Below are positions 48,027 through 57,959 of a stretch of 64,000 nucleotides of DNA, piece after piece. The stretch lies in the IMG/VR virus record IMGVR_UViG_3300033121_000711, positions 1 through 64,000 of that record. The stretch is one strand, 5' to 3'. The position numbers were made by a program, and so were the translations under genes. How positions within the stretch are numbered: the first letter of the stretch is position 1; every line of letters starts with the position of its first letter. The notes under the pieces were generated by a model. It had not been told where the DNA came from. It ran no database searches and saw only the letters and a list, made by a program, of their open reading frames with translations. Source of the DNA: a virus. Its lineage: Duplodnaviria; Caudoviricetes.

Positions 48027-48983
48027 TTACTGCTCCACCCAGCTAAGGATATTGAAGTAGCTTCCGTAACTATTAGCCACGGCACCGTAAATAAATGAAT
48101 CGTGAGTCGCTAAAAAGTCTGTTTTACTTTTTGTAGCCCATGTAATAAAATTAAAACCATCGTAAGAACTTCTAAAATGGAAGTTTGAAGAATCGGCTTC
48201 AAACTGTAACCATAAAAGATGTCGTGACGCCCAAGTAAAATCTTGACCATCATTTAAAGCACTATCAGCATAATCGCTATTATAGCTTGTGGCCGTATTC
48301 ATTTTAATGATTCTCATGGCACCATTCCATGAGTGGCCAAAGAATATAAATTTACCTGTACCGCTATCTCTTGGACCAAATCCAAAGGCTATACCATTAC
48401 CATGCGTAACATTACAGCCCATTGTAATAGTATACGTTCCTGATTTTGACTTTGATCTTATGCTAAAATCAGTATCTCCTGTAGGAACGTATAAAGAATG
48501 CATAAGACCGTTAGCTAAAGTTGTAGCTCCACTAGCTTGACGAACCCAAGAAAAACCTGAGTCGTCGTGAGGAGTCATCAACCAAGAAGGTCCGTAAGTA
48601 TACCAAGCAGATCCATCATCAAAATGCCTATGCGGACCGTCCGTGTCAAAGAAGTGTCTTCCTTTAATTCCGGCCGCAGGTCTATACGCTCCGGCTCCAA
48701 ATCCAAGAAGATCGCCTCTCCATTGATCTAAAGAATCTGCTGTTATTATATGCGATATAGTCGCCCCATTAGTGTGAGACGCTGCTGTAGTGTCTTCAAG
48801 TCCGCGTTCTATAGTAAAAGTTGTTCCTGATACTGCTGTTACTTTCATGATTTCAGAATCTATAACAATTCTGAAATCTCCGCTTGTAGGAAAAAGTGCA
48901 GCAGACGTTACAACTAATGAAGTTACAGAGCTATTTATCGTACCATTTAATGTGGTAGTCGCGTTATTACTGTATTTTTCCAT
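48027..48983 (-). CDS. fibre / receptor-binding-like protein with lectin-like C-terminus
   Basis: N-terminal TTLNGTI...IDSEIMKVT...TIERG..T.AASH domain common in phage fibres. Confidence 0.6.
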   Translation of the reverse strand: MEKYSNNATTTLNGTINSSVTSLVVTSAALFPTSGDFRIVIDSEIMKVTAVSGTTFTIERGLEDTTAASHTNGATISHIITADSLDQWRGDLLGFGAGAYRPAAGIKGRHFFDTDGPHRHFDDGSAWYTYGPSWLMTPHDDSGFSWVRQASGATTLANGLMHSLYVPTGDTDFSIRSKSKSGTYTITMGCNVTHGNGIAFGFGPRDSGTGKFIFFGHSWNGAMRIIKMNTATSYNSDYADSALNDGQDFTWASRHLLWLQFEADSSNFHFRSSYDGFNFITWATKSKTDFLATHDSFIYGAVANSYGSYFNILSWVEQ

Positions 48984-50722
48984 TATTTAATTTTCCCTTC
49001 ATCTTTCATAGGATCCTTAGATTTTTTCTTTTCTTCGGATCCGCTATTGAGGTTAGGATCTGCTTCAATAATTCCACGAGCAGCACCGTTAACCATACCG
49101 TTATTTTCTTGCTGAGACTTAGCAATCCGTGCTAGACGATCAGCATGATTATCAGCAGCTTTATCGGGTGTACCTTTAGGATACCCTAAAAGATCTGCTG
49201 CTAATTCCAGATCTAAAATACCAAGTTCAACAGCTTTTGAAATTACTTCTGGATCTGGTGAAATAGCTTCAGCACTTTCAATTTCTCTAGAAATTTTGTC
49301 AAATGTTTCTGTTTCAATTTGACGGCTTATTGTAAGTTCTGCAATTCTCTTACAAATTTCTTTTTGAAATTTCTTTGAAGGCACAACGTATAAAAGCTTT
49401 GTCAAATCATCAGCTTCTTTACGGCGTTCTTCTTCAGTCTTTATAGAATAGTTAGTAGGATAGTAAATAGTTGCAGGTTCAATGCTTTCATACATTGACC
49501 AATAATCTGCAACTTTACGCTCCATGTTTTCCAATTCGAGTCCGATATAACTTAGACCGCTCTCTAATCCTTGACGATCCATTCCTTTAGATTCGGCACT
49601 AGCCATCTTTGGCGAAAGATTGGTTACAGCAAGATTAACTAATTGCCGCATTTCGGCTTTCATTTGTTCTTGCTTTTCCATTGATGCTTTTAAAGGCTCA
49701 GAAGACGGATGTATAAAAGCAGGTCGTTCCATACCTTTAGGGTAACGACGACCGCGACTAACACCTACCCGAACTTCTGTTTGCTTACCTTCAGCCGCAT
49801 CACCACTCTCGCCGCCTTGAGTATTTCCAGGCTTTCTGATGAATTCATTCATAGCTCTTGGCTCAAACATTTCCGTATAAAAAGGAAAGTTTGAACTTAA
49901 AGCGTAAGCCATATCTGATGAAGCTAGATTGAGCAAGCCAACTTGATATTTTGAAATTTCAGCAAGAAGACTATCGCTCAATTCGCAAACAAGAAAAGGT
50001 ATTCGATCAATTTCAAGTTCTATAATTGAATCTTTGCTTTTAATGCCATCTTGGTCCGTTTCCATTCCGGACTCATTATAAAACTGAAGTTGAACATGGC
50101 CATTATCAATCCACATTCTTCGGTATCTGCTAGTTGTACCGTTAGGGAGACCGGTCTTATCATCATAGGTATTGTAATAGTCTCGAAGGAGCACATTTGA
50201 GAATTCATTTGTATTTGCAGATTCATCATAGCACCAGCTACAAATGTCTTCAGCTCTGTATAAATAAATGTAAGGTCTTACATTTCTTGTTTCAGCTACT
50301 GTTACGCCAGAAATTGGTGGCATATCAACATATACACCAACTTTAGCCATAGTTAAAAGTTCAGGTAGAAGACTTCTACCTATAAATGAATTCATGGATG
50401 ATCCTAAAAGATCGACACCTCCCATATGCCCTTCTACTGCCAACTTGTAACTATCAGAACCACCTCTGCGACTGATATCTACTAAGCGTTGGAAGATTGA
50501 ATTCTTGATTTCATCGACAGCTTCTTTGGCAAAGCTGGGATTGTAGGTCATCTTCTTTCGACGGGCATAATCTTCTGGTTGTTCTCTTGAAGAGAATTTT
50601 TCCAGATATCTATCGATAAAGTTTTGACCACCCTCGTATGTATCTCGCCAAAGTTCCCAGTCGCGGTATCGTTCCTCATATAGAGGGTGACGGATTTCCG
50701 CAACAGTTTTCTGAATCGCCAT
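48983..50722 (-). CDS. portal protein
   Basis: RHP.Y......W...RD.YEGG...YL......E....Y..R; follows the terminase. Confidence 0.9.
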   Translation of the reverse strand: MAIQKTVAEIRHPLYEERYRDWELWRDTYEGGQNFIDRYLEKFSSREQPEDYARRKKMTYNPSFAKEAVDEIKNSIFQRLVDISRRGGSDSYKLAVEGHMGGVDLLGSSMNSFIGRSLLPELLTMAKVGVYVDMPPISGVTVAETRNVRPYIYLYRAEDICSWCYDESANTNEFSNVLLRDYYNTYDDKTGLPNGTTSRYRRMWIDNGHVQLQFYNESGMETDQDGIKSKDSIIELEIDRIPFLVCELSDSLLAEISKYQVGLLNLASSDMAYALSSNFPFYTEMFEPRAMNEFIRKPGNTQGGESGDAAEGKQTEVRVGVSRGRRYPKGMERPAFIHPSSEPLKASMEKQEQMKAEMRQLVNLAVTNLSPKMASAESKGMDRQGLESGLSYIGLELENMERKVADYWSMYESIEPATIYYPTNYSIKTEEERRKEADDLTKLLYVVPSKKFQKEICKRIAELTISRQIETETFDKISREIESAEAISPDPEVISKAVELGILDLELAADLLGYPKGTPDKAADNHADRLARIAKSQQENNGMVNGAARGIIEADPNLNSGSEEKKKSKDPMKDEGKIK

Positions 50723-50892
50723 TAGTTCCTCACAATGTTGCGGTCTGTAAATCTAAATAATCCATCATTGTAGACAAAACAGATGATTGGTGTTGCTACT
50801 ACTAAATATACCCCGTGATTTATTACTGCAAGTATTTTACCTTCGATGATTCTACCATCAAAGGTACGAAACTTTTTTACAACACCAATCAT
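50722..50892 (-). CDS. small hypothetical protein (56 aa)
   Basis: Manual translation MIGVVKKFRTFDGRIIEGKIL...; TGATG and TAATG couplings at its two ends. Confidence 0.6.
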   Translation of the reverse strand: MIGVVKKFRTFDGRIIEGKILAVINHGVYLVVATPIICFVYNDGLFRFTDRNIVRN

Positions 50893-52544
50893 CAGTAAGC
50901 TTCCGTTATGTCTTGCGGATTTGCCATACCCATAGCAAAAGGTAGTGCAAGTTCCGAGTAATTTCTCGCGTGTGCGTAATGATCTTCATCGCTTCCTTTA
51001 ATATATCTTCCAATAATATTACCGTTTCGATCTTTCTCATAGACTCTAACTTGAGATTTTAAGTTAGCTCTAACTTCATGATCGATATCGCAAGGTAATT
51101 CTATTGTTTTATGTCTGAACCTACCTAAAGATAGATCCAGCCAAGAAGTTCTATCGACTGTTATTGTAGGTTCTTCATCTTTACCTACATGGATTTGTTT
51201 ACCTTGAACTCCTTGGCCGTAAAAGCACATTTTAACTAGATTATGGAATCTAGAAGCAAATTCATAAGCTTTACGTCTTTCAGGATTTGCATCTATTACG
51301 CAAAAATTTACACTAAAACGAAATATGAGTTCGTCCAGTTCTTCAAAATTCTTTACTTTACCGTACCATATCGTTTTAGCTCTTGCTAAAACATTTAAAT
51401 CGTTTGAGTTAACATCTCCAGGTAGATGCCATGTATCTACCCAACAGTGTAACCATCTACCAACGTCAACACCGAAAGTAACAACACCTTCAGACGGTCC
51501 TGTTAAATATCTTTTATAGTTACCAATACATTGATCTATGTCAGAGTCTGAAACGCCTGCACCTTCAACAATGTGAGGCAATCCTAGCTTAGAATTATAA
51601 AATTCTTGCTCTTCGGCTTGATCTCTCCGAGACCTTAGATAGCTTTTCGCTAAAGATACCGGAGAAACCGTCGAAGAATAAAGTTGATTAACATGAAAGC
51701 CTCGAGAAGTTCTGTTACTATATGTGGGAACCCACTCAGCTTTTTGCAGCCATTCATGTTTTGTTTCGTGTTGCAGCTTACCGCCACACTCTTTACACTT
51801 TATGAAAGAATTAACAACAGTTTCGTCGTTAACGTCTTCGCCAGTTATTTCGAGACATTGTGGAAAAACAAGCTCTGTAAATCGATTACAGCAAGGACAT
51901 TTAAAAAAGAAATGTTCTTGTGTGGTATCTATAAATAATTTATTGATACCGTATTTTGGTATTGTTGGTGTACTGATCGCCAAAACTTGCTTTTCAACTT
52001 GACCGGCAGCACGCTCAACAGCCAGCGGAATATTATCTTGATCCATTTCGTCAACTTCGTCAAGAATGATGAAGCCAACTGGAATAGATTTTAGACCGCT
52101 GCGAGACTTGGAACCACGAATATAAAGATTCGTGGTTCCTGCTCTTTTATGTCCTACGTTTTTAACGTCTGAAAATAATTTAGTCAAGTGTGGAGATAAT
52201 TCTAAGGCAGGATCAAATCGGGCAGCAGAAAAATCTGAAGCATCAGGTGTCTGAGCAGGCAGAACGTAAAGGCAATCAATACCTTTAACATCGATTGAGA
52301 AGAAAGTACGGTTAAGTGCGTATTCCGTAAATCCCATCTGTGCTGATTTTTGGCCGACAATCATTTCTTCATCGGCATCATGCATTGACCTTAGCCAAGG
52401 GTGATATTTAAAAGACCAAGGGCCTGGATAAGGTCGAGCCATTACTCTACAAGCTATACTCCAACGAGAGCAGCTTGTTAATGACTTTCTTTTTAATCCT
52501 GCCGAAATTCTTTCAGCTAGCAATTGTGCTAGTTTGTGTGTCAT
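50892..52544 (-). CDS. terL: terminase large subunit (lambda GpA-like)
   Basis: KSAQMGFTE, LDEVD, ISTPT, CPCC/CKEC zinc finger, GVDVG, DHY. Confidence 0.93.
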   Translation of the reverse strand: MTHKLAQLLAERISAGLKRKSLTSCSRWSIACRVMARPYPGPWSFKYHPWLRSMHDADEEMIVGQKSAQMGFTEYALNRTFFSIDVKGIDCLYVLPAQTPDASDFSAARFDPALELSPHLTKLFSDVKNVGHKRAGTTNLYIRGSKSRSGLKSIPVGFIILDEVDEMDQDNIPLAVERAAGQVEKQVLAISTPTIPKYGINKLFIDTTQEHFFFKCPCCNRFTELVFPQCLEITGEDVNDETVVNSFIKCKECGGKLQHETKHEWLQKAEWVPTYSNRTSRGFHVNQLYSSTVSPVSLAKSYLRSRRDQAEEQEFYNSKLGLPHIVEGAGVSDSDIDQCIGNYKRYLTGPSEGVVTFGVDVGRWLHCWVDTWHLPGDVNSNDLNVLARAKTIWYGKVKNFEELDELIFRFSVNFCVIDANPERRKAYEFASRFHNLVKMCFYGQGVQGKQIHVGKDEEPTITVDRTSWLDLSLGRFRHKTIELPCDIDHEVRANLKSQVRVYEKDRNGNIIGRYIKGSDEDHYAHARNYSELALPFAMGMANPQDITEAY

Positions 52545-52887
52545 AATCTAACTCAATCATTCGCGTAATATCTGTTGCAACTAAAGAAAATCTTATTTGC
52601 TTGAAGGCTTTAGCTAATCTTAAGCCTAATTATTCAGCAGTTTCTAAAACTTCTTTTGGTTGCTTTGGAAATCTAGGGTAATTTATTAAATGAATTCTAA
52701 CACAAGGTTCATTACCGGACGTGTAAATACAAGTCTCTAGACCTAAAGTTACACCTAACCCCACGACGTCACAAAAGTTTTGACAAATTTCTTTAGCTTC
52801 GTCTACAGTGTGTAATGGACCGCTATAGCCTTCTTTTAAGCCTACAACAATATCAACTTCATATGTTGGGATATCAATTCTTTTCAT
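52513..52887 (-). pseudogene. conserved phage protein apparently truncated by an in-frame TAA (52630-52632)
   Basis: ...INYPRFPKQPKEVLETAE*LGLRLAKAFKQIRFSLVATDITRMIEL...; the frame stays open into the terL start. Confidence 0.55.
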
Positions 52888-53419
52888 TTTTAATCTCAGC
52901 CTTTACATTAATAATCGCTGAGATAATTTCATTACTGATACTATCAATAATGTCATCATCGGTAATATGGGCACTAATGATTTTGACAATCGTTGAAGCA
53001 ATTTGAATGGCTGCTGCCTTGTCTAACAACATACCTGTAGAAGCTTCAAGTCGATGGCAGCTTGAAACTAATTTTTCAAGTTTCATAGCTAGATCGGAAA
53101 TCTTCGACGAATACATGAGTAGCGACTGTGAATCCTCGCACATATTCACAGTTTCTTCCATCAAGATTCGGAGAATACCGATCTCTTCTCTCAACGACTT
53201 GATATTTGTGTCTTCAGCAAAGTTAGACATACGGTCACGCCATTTTGCGAGACGGTACATCTTATCGTTTTTCTTTTCTATTTCGTGTTGTATGTTCCCA
53301 CCATGTATAATGCAGTAATTGCTTCCTTTAGCTTTCCGCATATTACATTGGGATTTTTTGAACATTCCTTGACAGCGTTCAGGGCTGTCATCTTCAACCC
53401 TAGTATAATCATTTGCCAT
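52874..53419 (-). CDS. putative terminase small subunit
   Basis: C..C..C.IHGG motif, LREEI..LR; upstream of terL. Confidence 0.65.
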   Translation of the reverse strand: MANDYTRVEDDSPERCQGMFKKSQCNMRKAKGSNYCIIHGGNIQHEIEKKNDKMYRLAKWRDRMSNFAEDTNIKSLREEIGILRILMEETVNMCEDSQSLLMYSSKISDLAMKLEKLVSSCHRLEASTGMLLDKAAAIQIASTIVKIISAHITDDDIIDSISNEIISAIINVKAEIKNEKN

Positions 53420-53432
53420 GAATCAGCCCTTT

Positions 53433-53470
53433 AAAAAAGGGTCGGGGAGTCGCGTCAACCTCCCCGACCC
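53433..53470 (-). terminator. intrinsic terminator between the accessory cluster and terminase genes
   Basis: GGGTCGGGGAG...CTCCCCGACCC followed by a T6 run on the minus strand. Confidence 0.75.
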
Positions 53471-53536
53471 CGACCTGCATGGTAGCGGCGTAGCTACCAT
53501 TTCCTTATAGAAACAATCTATAAGTCATTGCAAGTG

Positions 53537-53848
53537 TCAATCACCACCAGGACCTGCCGGAATAGGTAACAAAGTAACAGATCCTTGCAGCTTAATATCC
53601 CAAGGTATCGGCGGAGCACCATAATTCACAAGGAATACTTCGGCCGTTATATATCCAGATTTCGTGCACACTGCCCGATATTTTCCTGGATTTACAGTCC
53701 GAGTATCTCCTCCATGCCAGTAACCATCAAGACCTGTATCTGCCTCTACAAGAAAATCGCCATTATCGCGATAGACAGTAATATGCACTCCAGGTAACAC
53801 GTTACCGTTAGAGGCAAACGAGAAAAGAGTCAGGTCAACACTGGCCAT
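53537..53848 (-). CDS. small beta-sandwich protein (carboxypeptidase-regulatory-like)
   Basis: GNVLPGV.ITV...T..DG...PGKY.....KSGY. Confidence 0.6.
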   Translation of the reverse strand: MASVDLTLFSFASNGNVLPGVHITVYRDNGDFLVEADTGLDGYWHGGDTRTVNPGKYRAVCTKSGYITAEVFLVNYGAPPIPWDIKLQGSVTLLPIPAGPGGD

Positions 53849-54405
53849 TAGTAGCTCCGAAATTGTGCTGCACCACCGCAGTAATTACCGGCATTCTGCT
53901 GTAGCACGATGCTTTGCGTGCAAGCTGTTTCAGCTTGCACAACCGGCTGAGTGATAACCTTTTGCGTTACAATTTTCTCTGTAACGATTGGCTGACTTAC
54001 CACAACATTTTCAGTCGGGGTTGTATAAGCCACCTGCTGAGCAACAAAAGGTGCAGCGTAAAATCGTTGACGAGCAACAAAAGGTGCAGCGTAAAATTGC
54101 TGATGAGCAACAAAACGCTGACGAGCAACAAAAGGTGCTCGGTAAGCAGAAAACTGCTGAGCAACAAAAGGTGCCCGACCAACAACAACACGGGCAACAG
54201 GAGTGTTAACAACAACTCGGGCTCGCGGAGTAAAACCGAAAGCCGCAGCTGTAACACGGAAAGGGAAGCCAACAACTCGATTGATTCCGCGACCAATAGC
54301 TGTAGCTACAGGGAAAGGTCGCCGAACTTGAACTTGAACCTGCTGAGCATCAGCAAACATTGCGAAACAGAGCAGGAACAGAAAAGCCAAAATGAACTTC
54401 TTCAT
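53848..54405 (-). CDS. secreted low-complexity repeat protein
   Basis: Signal peptide ending ADA; APFVA(Q/R)Q(F/RF) repeats, visible as GAGCAACAAAA DNA repeats at ~54035-54180. Confidence 0.75.
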   Translation of the reverse strand: MKKFILAFLFLLCFAMFADAQQVQVQVRRPFPVATAIGRGINRVVGFPFRVTAAAFGFTPRARVVVNTPVARVVVGRAPFVAQQFSAYRAPFVARQRFVAHQQFYAAPFVARQRFYAAPFVAQQVAYTTPTENVVVSQPIVTEKIVTQKVITQPVVQAETACTQSIVLQQNAGNYCGGAAQFRSY

Positions 54406-54408
54406 CTT

Positions 54409-55074
54409 TTACCTCTTTGCGTTTTTTGCCCATTCATAGAAAAGCTTAATTTCTTCGTCTGTTAGAGCTTTTCCACCTTTAGGCATTTCACCACTATTTG
54501 CCAGACCAAAACTTTCCCAAACTTTACCAGATGGTAGATCATTTAACTTACCATCTGCGGTGACAAGCTTTGTATACTTGCTATTGACACCGTGACATTT
54601 TACGCACGAGTTATTGATAACTTTCAAAAGTGTTTCATTTTGATAGTTACCAGGTTTTGGCTCCTGCGTATCCGGCTTGCTACTATCACCTGTTGGGGAG
54701 GTAGAATTCTGCGTAGCAGGTCCGGTTGGAAGACGACCAGTCCCGTTGCTGGTATTTTGTTGTAAGCGTAGCAATCGACCGACAATAGCGTCAGCTAACA
54801 AGCTTTGCTGGGCAGCACTGTCGATTGAGTAGTAATGATCTCGGTGCACTTCCACCTGTATTGCTTTAGGCACAAGTACAACGTTTTCATAATATGGCTG
54901 GTAATGGCCTTGATTGTATGTATACAATTGGCCGTAATTACCACTAACGTACTTATGATAACCACCATTATGTTGATAGTACAAAGTACCATGCTGTATC
55001 CTTCGGACACCGCAAGTTTCGCTTACAACAAAAGGAGTTATTAAAAGTAACACCAAAATCGCGAATGTCTTCAT
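54409..55074 (-). CDS. secreted c-type cytochrome (planctomycete cytochrome c-like C-terminal domain)
   Basis: Signal peptide; CVKCH...GEMPKGG..LT.EE..L...W. Confidence 0.85.
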   Translation of the reverse strand: MKTFAILVLLLITPFVVSETCGVRRIQHGTLYYQHNGGYHKYVSGNYGQLYTYNQGHYQPYYENVVLVPKAIQVEVHRDHYYSIDSAAQQSLLADAIVGRLLRLQQNTSNGTGRLPTGPATQNSTSPTGDSSKPDTQEPKPGNYQNETLLKVINNSCVKCHGVNSKYTKLVTADGKLNDLPSGKVWESFGLANSGEMPKGGKALTDEEIKLFYEWAKNAKR

Positions 55075-56603
55075 TTTTTGCTCGCATCCAATTGATAGAC
55101 AATTTCTTTGTAACCGTCTTTTTCCCATGTCCTTCTGGGGATCGTCATTCCCTTTAAGAGCATAGCTATACGAGCTTTTGTACTTTTAGATCCTACAAGC
55201 TTGAACACGTCTTCAGTTACTCCAATCTCTTTAGCTGCGACAGTTAAAGAAACTGGACTATCATACTCGTCTCTCCAAGCTTTTATATTTGCTGCATTTT
55301 CGCCGGCTTTAAAACCGCTAGTACGAGCAATAAATTTAGAGAAACGAGTCTGTTCGTGTTCTAATTTGTCCTCCCAATCCAAGAAAAAGCCTTTAGCATC
55401 TATTGCATCTCGCTTATTCTTGAATTTAATATCTATGCCAGCTTTTAGCATCTCTGTTACGAGATTTCGTGGCGTGATAAATTTTTGTTCATGACAAATA
55501 AAACAAGATCCTGGAGTACGAACACGGGAATCAAACTTTAAATCGCTTGTGTCTGTTGCAAATCTATTATCTGCAACTTCTACAATATTTCCTTTTGAGT
55601 CTACCAGTAAGGCTGCCATGCCACCGGCTGGCAAATCTGTTAAAATTTCACCAGCATCAAACTCAAAATCTTTATTTAAAGTCTCTGCAAAATCACGTGT
55701 TCCGCTAGTTTCTTTCACGTCAAATGTTTTGTAGTACGATCCCATTGAGGTTATTATACGTTCTACTAAACGATTTTGTCGTGCTACAATGGATACTCCG
55801 TTCTCCATTCCTTCAACTACTGCTCCATGCCTTGTATCTATTTTGAACTCTTTTAAGTGCTCTCGAAACTTATCGACAGCGAAAATTCGCTCAAAATCAG
55901 CCTCATTTTTAGGAAATTTTACAAATTTCCCAGAAGTTATAGGCTCAGGTGTTTGAAGAACGCACTTATTGTTCAAATAGTAACCCGCAGGGTAGGCAGA
56001 TCCATCTGCGTTTTTACCTGCTGGACTCCACTCAGAGCCTGCTGGAGGACTACGTGGAAATCTAAATCTGCTAAATAATAGATCGTAGTATGAGGAAGAT
56101 CTATCTGATTCCATAGTTTCACGGAAGAACCAGTCAGCTCTAACAATCGCCTCAGCATGAAAGCTTTTAGTATCTTGCTCAATACCTATCATCTTTCTTA
56201 ACAGAAGTGCAGTAGCATTATCTACTGCCGGTTGAACAAAATACGGTTCTCTTCTTGCTACAGCAGAAAAAGCTTCTTTAGACCATCCAAAATCTCGTAG
56301 ATCTATTGCAAAAAGTAGGCCATCTGATCCGGGTACTTCATTTGCAAAACTTGTAGCAGTTTCTAGATGAAGTTGATTGATCCAGAAACGCATAGTTTTA
56401 ACACGTTTTGCTGCATCTTTCACATGGTAATAAGATAAATATCTTAAATATTCTGCGTCTTTGCCTTGTTTTTGCGAGTATTTATAAGCCAATTCCGCGT
56501 GATCGTTAGGGCAAACTGGATTGACATCCTGTTTACCAGAAGCTAGGAAAATAAATGAGAGCAAAATGAAGACGCCCAAGACGAATTTCATGGTCGTCTC
56601 CAT
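55071..56603 (-). CDS. secreted CxxCH protein of an uncharacterised planctomycete-type family
   Basis: Signal peptide; RYLS, RADWF, NRLVER, YYKTFD, DAGEI..LP, SCFICH. Confidence 0.75.
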   Translation of the reverse strand: METTMKFVLGVFILLSFIFLASGKQDVNPVCPNDHAELAYKYSQKQGKDAEYLRYLSYYHVKDAAKRVKTMRFWINQLHLETATSFANEVPGSDGLLFAIDLRDFGWSKEAFSAVARREPYFVQPAVDNATALLLRKMIGIEQDTKSFHAEAIVRADWFFRETMESDRSSSYYDLLFSRFRFPRSPPAGSEWSPAGKNADGSAYPAGYYLNNKCVLQTPEPITSGKFVKFPKNEADFERIFAVDKFREHLKEFKIDTRHGAVVEGMENGVSIVARQNRLVERIITSMGSYYKTFDVKETSGTRDFAETLNKDFEFDAGEILTDLPAGGMAALLVDSKGNIVEVADNRFATDTSDLKFDSRVRTPGSCFICHEQKFITPRNLVTEMLKAGIDIKFKNKRDAIDAKGFFLDWEDKLEHEQTRFSKFIARTSGFKAGENAANIKAWRDEYDSPVSLTVAAKEIGVTEDVFKLVGSKSTKARIAMLLKGMTIPRRTWEKDGYKEIVYQLDASKK

Positions 56604-56608
56604 TTTAT

Positions 56609-57394
56609 TTAAGCTACGAGTTTTGTTAACCTATAACCATCGACCGATAACTTGCCATTTTCAAATCGAAGGATATAATTTTCGTTTTCGTTTGGTTCGG
56701 ATGGTGGAGCTGGAGGCCCGTACCTAGCTTGCATCTCAGCGACATCACCAGCTTGCGGCGTAAAAATGTTTTGAGAGTGCGTCGGAGCTAAAAGATTACC
56801 TGCCCCGATATGATTCATGCCCAAAGCATGTCCAAGTTCGTGACACATTACCCTGACTATGTCTAATTGATTCCCATTACGAGGACCATCAAAAATAGCC
56901 CAACTATCACGAGTATCGTACCACTGACGGCATTGTCGAGTGTTACCGCAAGGTAATTCTGATTCTGCAAGCACGCCAAACTGACCGTCAATTGCTCGCG
57001 TGTCCATCACGATTCGAGCGTTTGGATTTCCTGGCGTGTACTCTGGACGAATACCTGCTACTTTAGCCCAGCGATTTAACGCTTCAGCAGCACATTCAAC
57101 GTATTTTTGCTTATCAAAGCCCGGAAGAACAGCCACTACATCCCAACTTATGTAACCATCCGGCCACTTACAACGATTAGCTTGGGCCTGCATTGTATCT
57201 GGATGCTTACAGAATCGAATCTCTTGCAAGTGATTGATGATGTCACCAATACTAGAGAGACCGTGGAAAGCAGCGTACAATTTTTGCAGAATACTTAACT
57301 GCTGATCTGTTAATTTATCAAGAGTCTCTTCCAATGTTGAATAGATTTGCCAACCAAATTGGAAGAGACGTATGATTTGTGTGTTTCTATCCAC
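56609..57394 (-). CDS. matrixin (M10) metalloprotease with propeptide
   Basis: RFCKHPD cysteine switch, DG..GVLA, HELGHALGMNH. Confidence 0.9.
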   Translation of the reverse strand: MDRNTQIIRLFQFGWQIYSTLEETLDKLTDQQLSILQKLYAAFHGLSSIGDIINHLQEIRFCKHPDTMQAQANRCKWPDGYISWDVVAVLPGFDKQKYVECAAEALNRWAKVAGIRPEYTPGNPNARIVMDTRAIDGQFGVLAESELPCGNTRQCRQWYDTRDSWAIFDGPRNGNQLDIVRVMCHELGHALGMNHIGAGNLLAPTHSQNIFTPQAGDVAEMQARYGPPAPPSEPNENENYILRFENGKLSVDGYRLTKLVA

Positions 57395-57959
57395 TGTGAT
57401 GTACTTCCAAGGTTATGTAATCAACTTGAGCAGTAGCAAATTCAATAGCTACGTGAGCTGAGATTGATATGCCGAATCCAGGGTGATTAACTTTTTCTGG
57501 CGTCCATGCGTAACCCCACATCTCTGTAGGTCCGCCATAAGTTATTATCACTCCTGCTGCTGGCCACTCGTTACCGTAATCTCTTAAATCGTTGCCTACT
57601 TTGACTCCGGCGTCCCACAGTTTGACTTCCCAATCACTGCTTACAGTTGTGTTTGTAATTGCTTTTTTATGTACAACAGCCGTTATGCCTGTGATTGTTT
57701 TTGCCGGGTCTATATTAAAATTGAATCCACTAACGTACAAATCTTCAACGATCACATCGTCCCGAGTAACCGTAACGGAAGCATACGTCCCATCAAGAGC
57801 AAAAACATTATTTGTGTTAATCCATGAATACTCACCAACGAGTGTAGGTTGACTTGATGCTACACTCCCTGGTCCGGGACCTGCATAATTTGTGTAAGAT
57901 ACCGAACGTCTTTTTGTAAAAAGATTCAGGTATTTAGATAGTGTGAACGGGTTTTTCAT
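57387..57959 (-). CDS. beta-sandwich (carbohydrate-binding-like) virion-associated protein
   Basis: F.F.I.....ITGI, YGG...WG..WT...VN...FG motif. Confidence 0.6.
   Translation of the reverse strand: MKNPFTLSKYLNLFTKRRSVSYTNYAGPGPGSVASSQPTLVGEYSWINTNNVFALDGTYASVTVTRDDVIVEDLYVSGFNFNIDPAKTITGITAVVHKKAITNTTVSSDWEVKLWDAGVKVGNDLRDYGNEWPAAGVIITYGGPTEMWGYAWTPEKVNHPGFGISISAHVAIEFATAQVDYITLEVHHSG

Noticed and set aside
17406-52632. Genome-wide stop codon reassignment
   Set aside because: TGA, TAA and TAG all terminate normal coupled genes; only isolated interruptions were seen.
54035-54180. CRISPR-like repeats (GAGCAACAAAAGGTGC)
   Set aside because: In-frame coding repeats of the APFVARQ protein; no unique spacers of CRISPR length and no cas genes.
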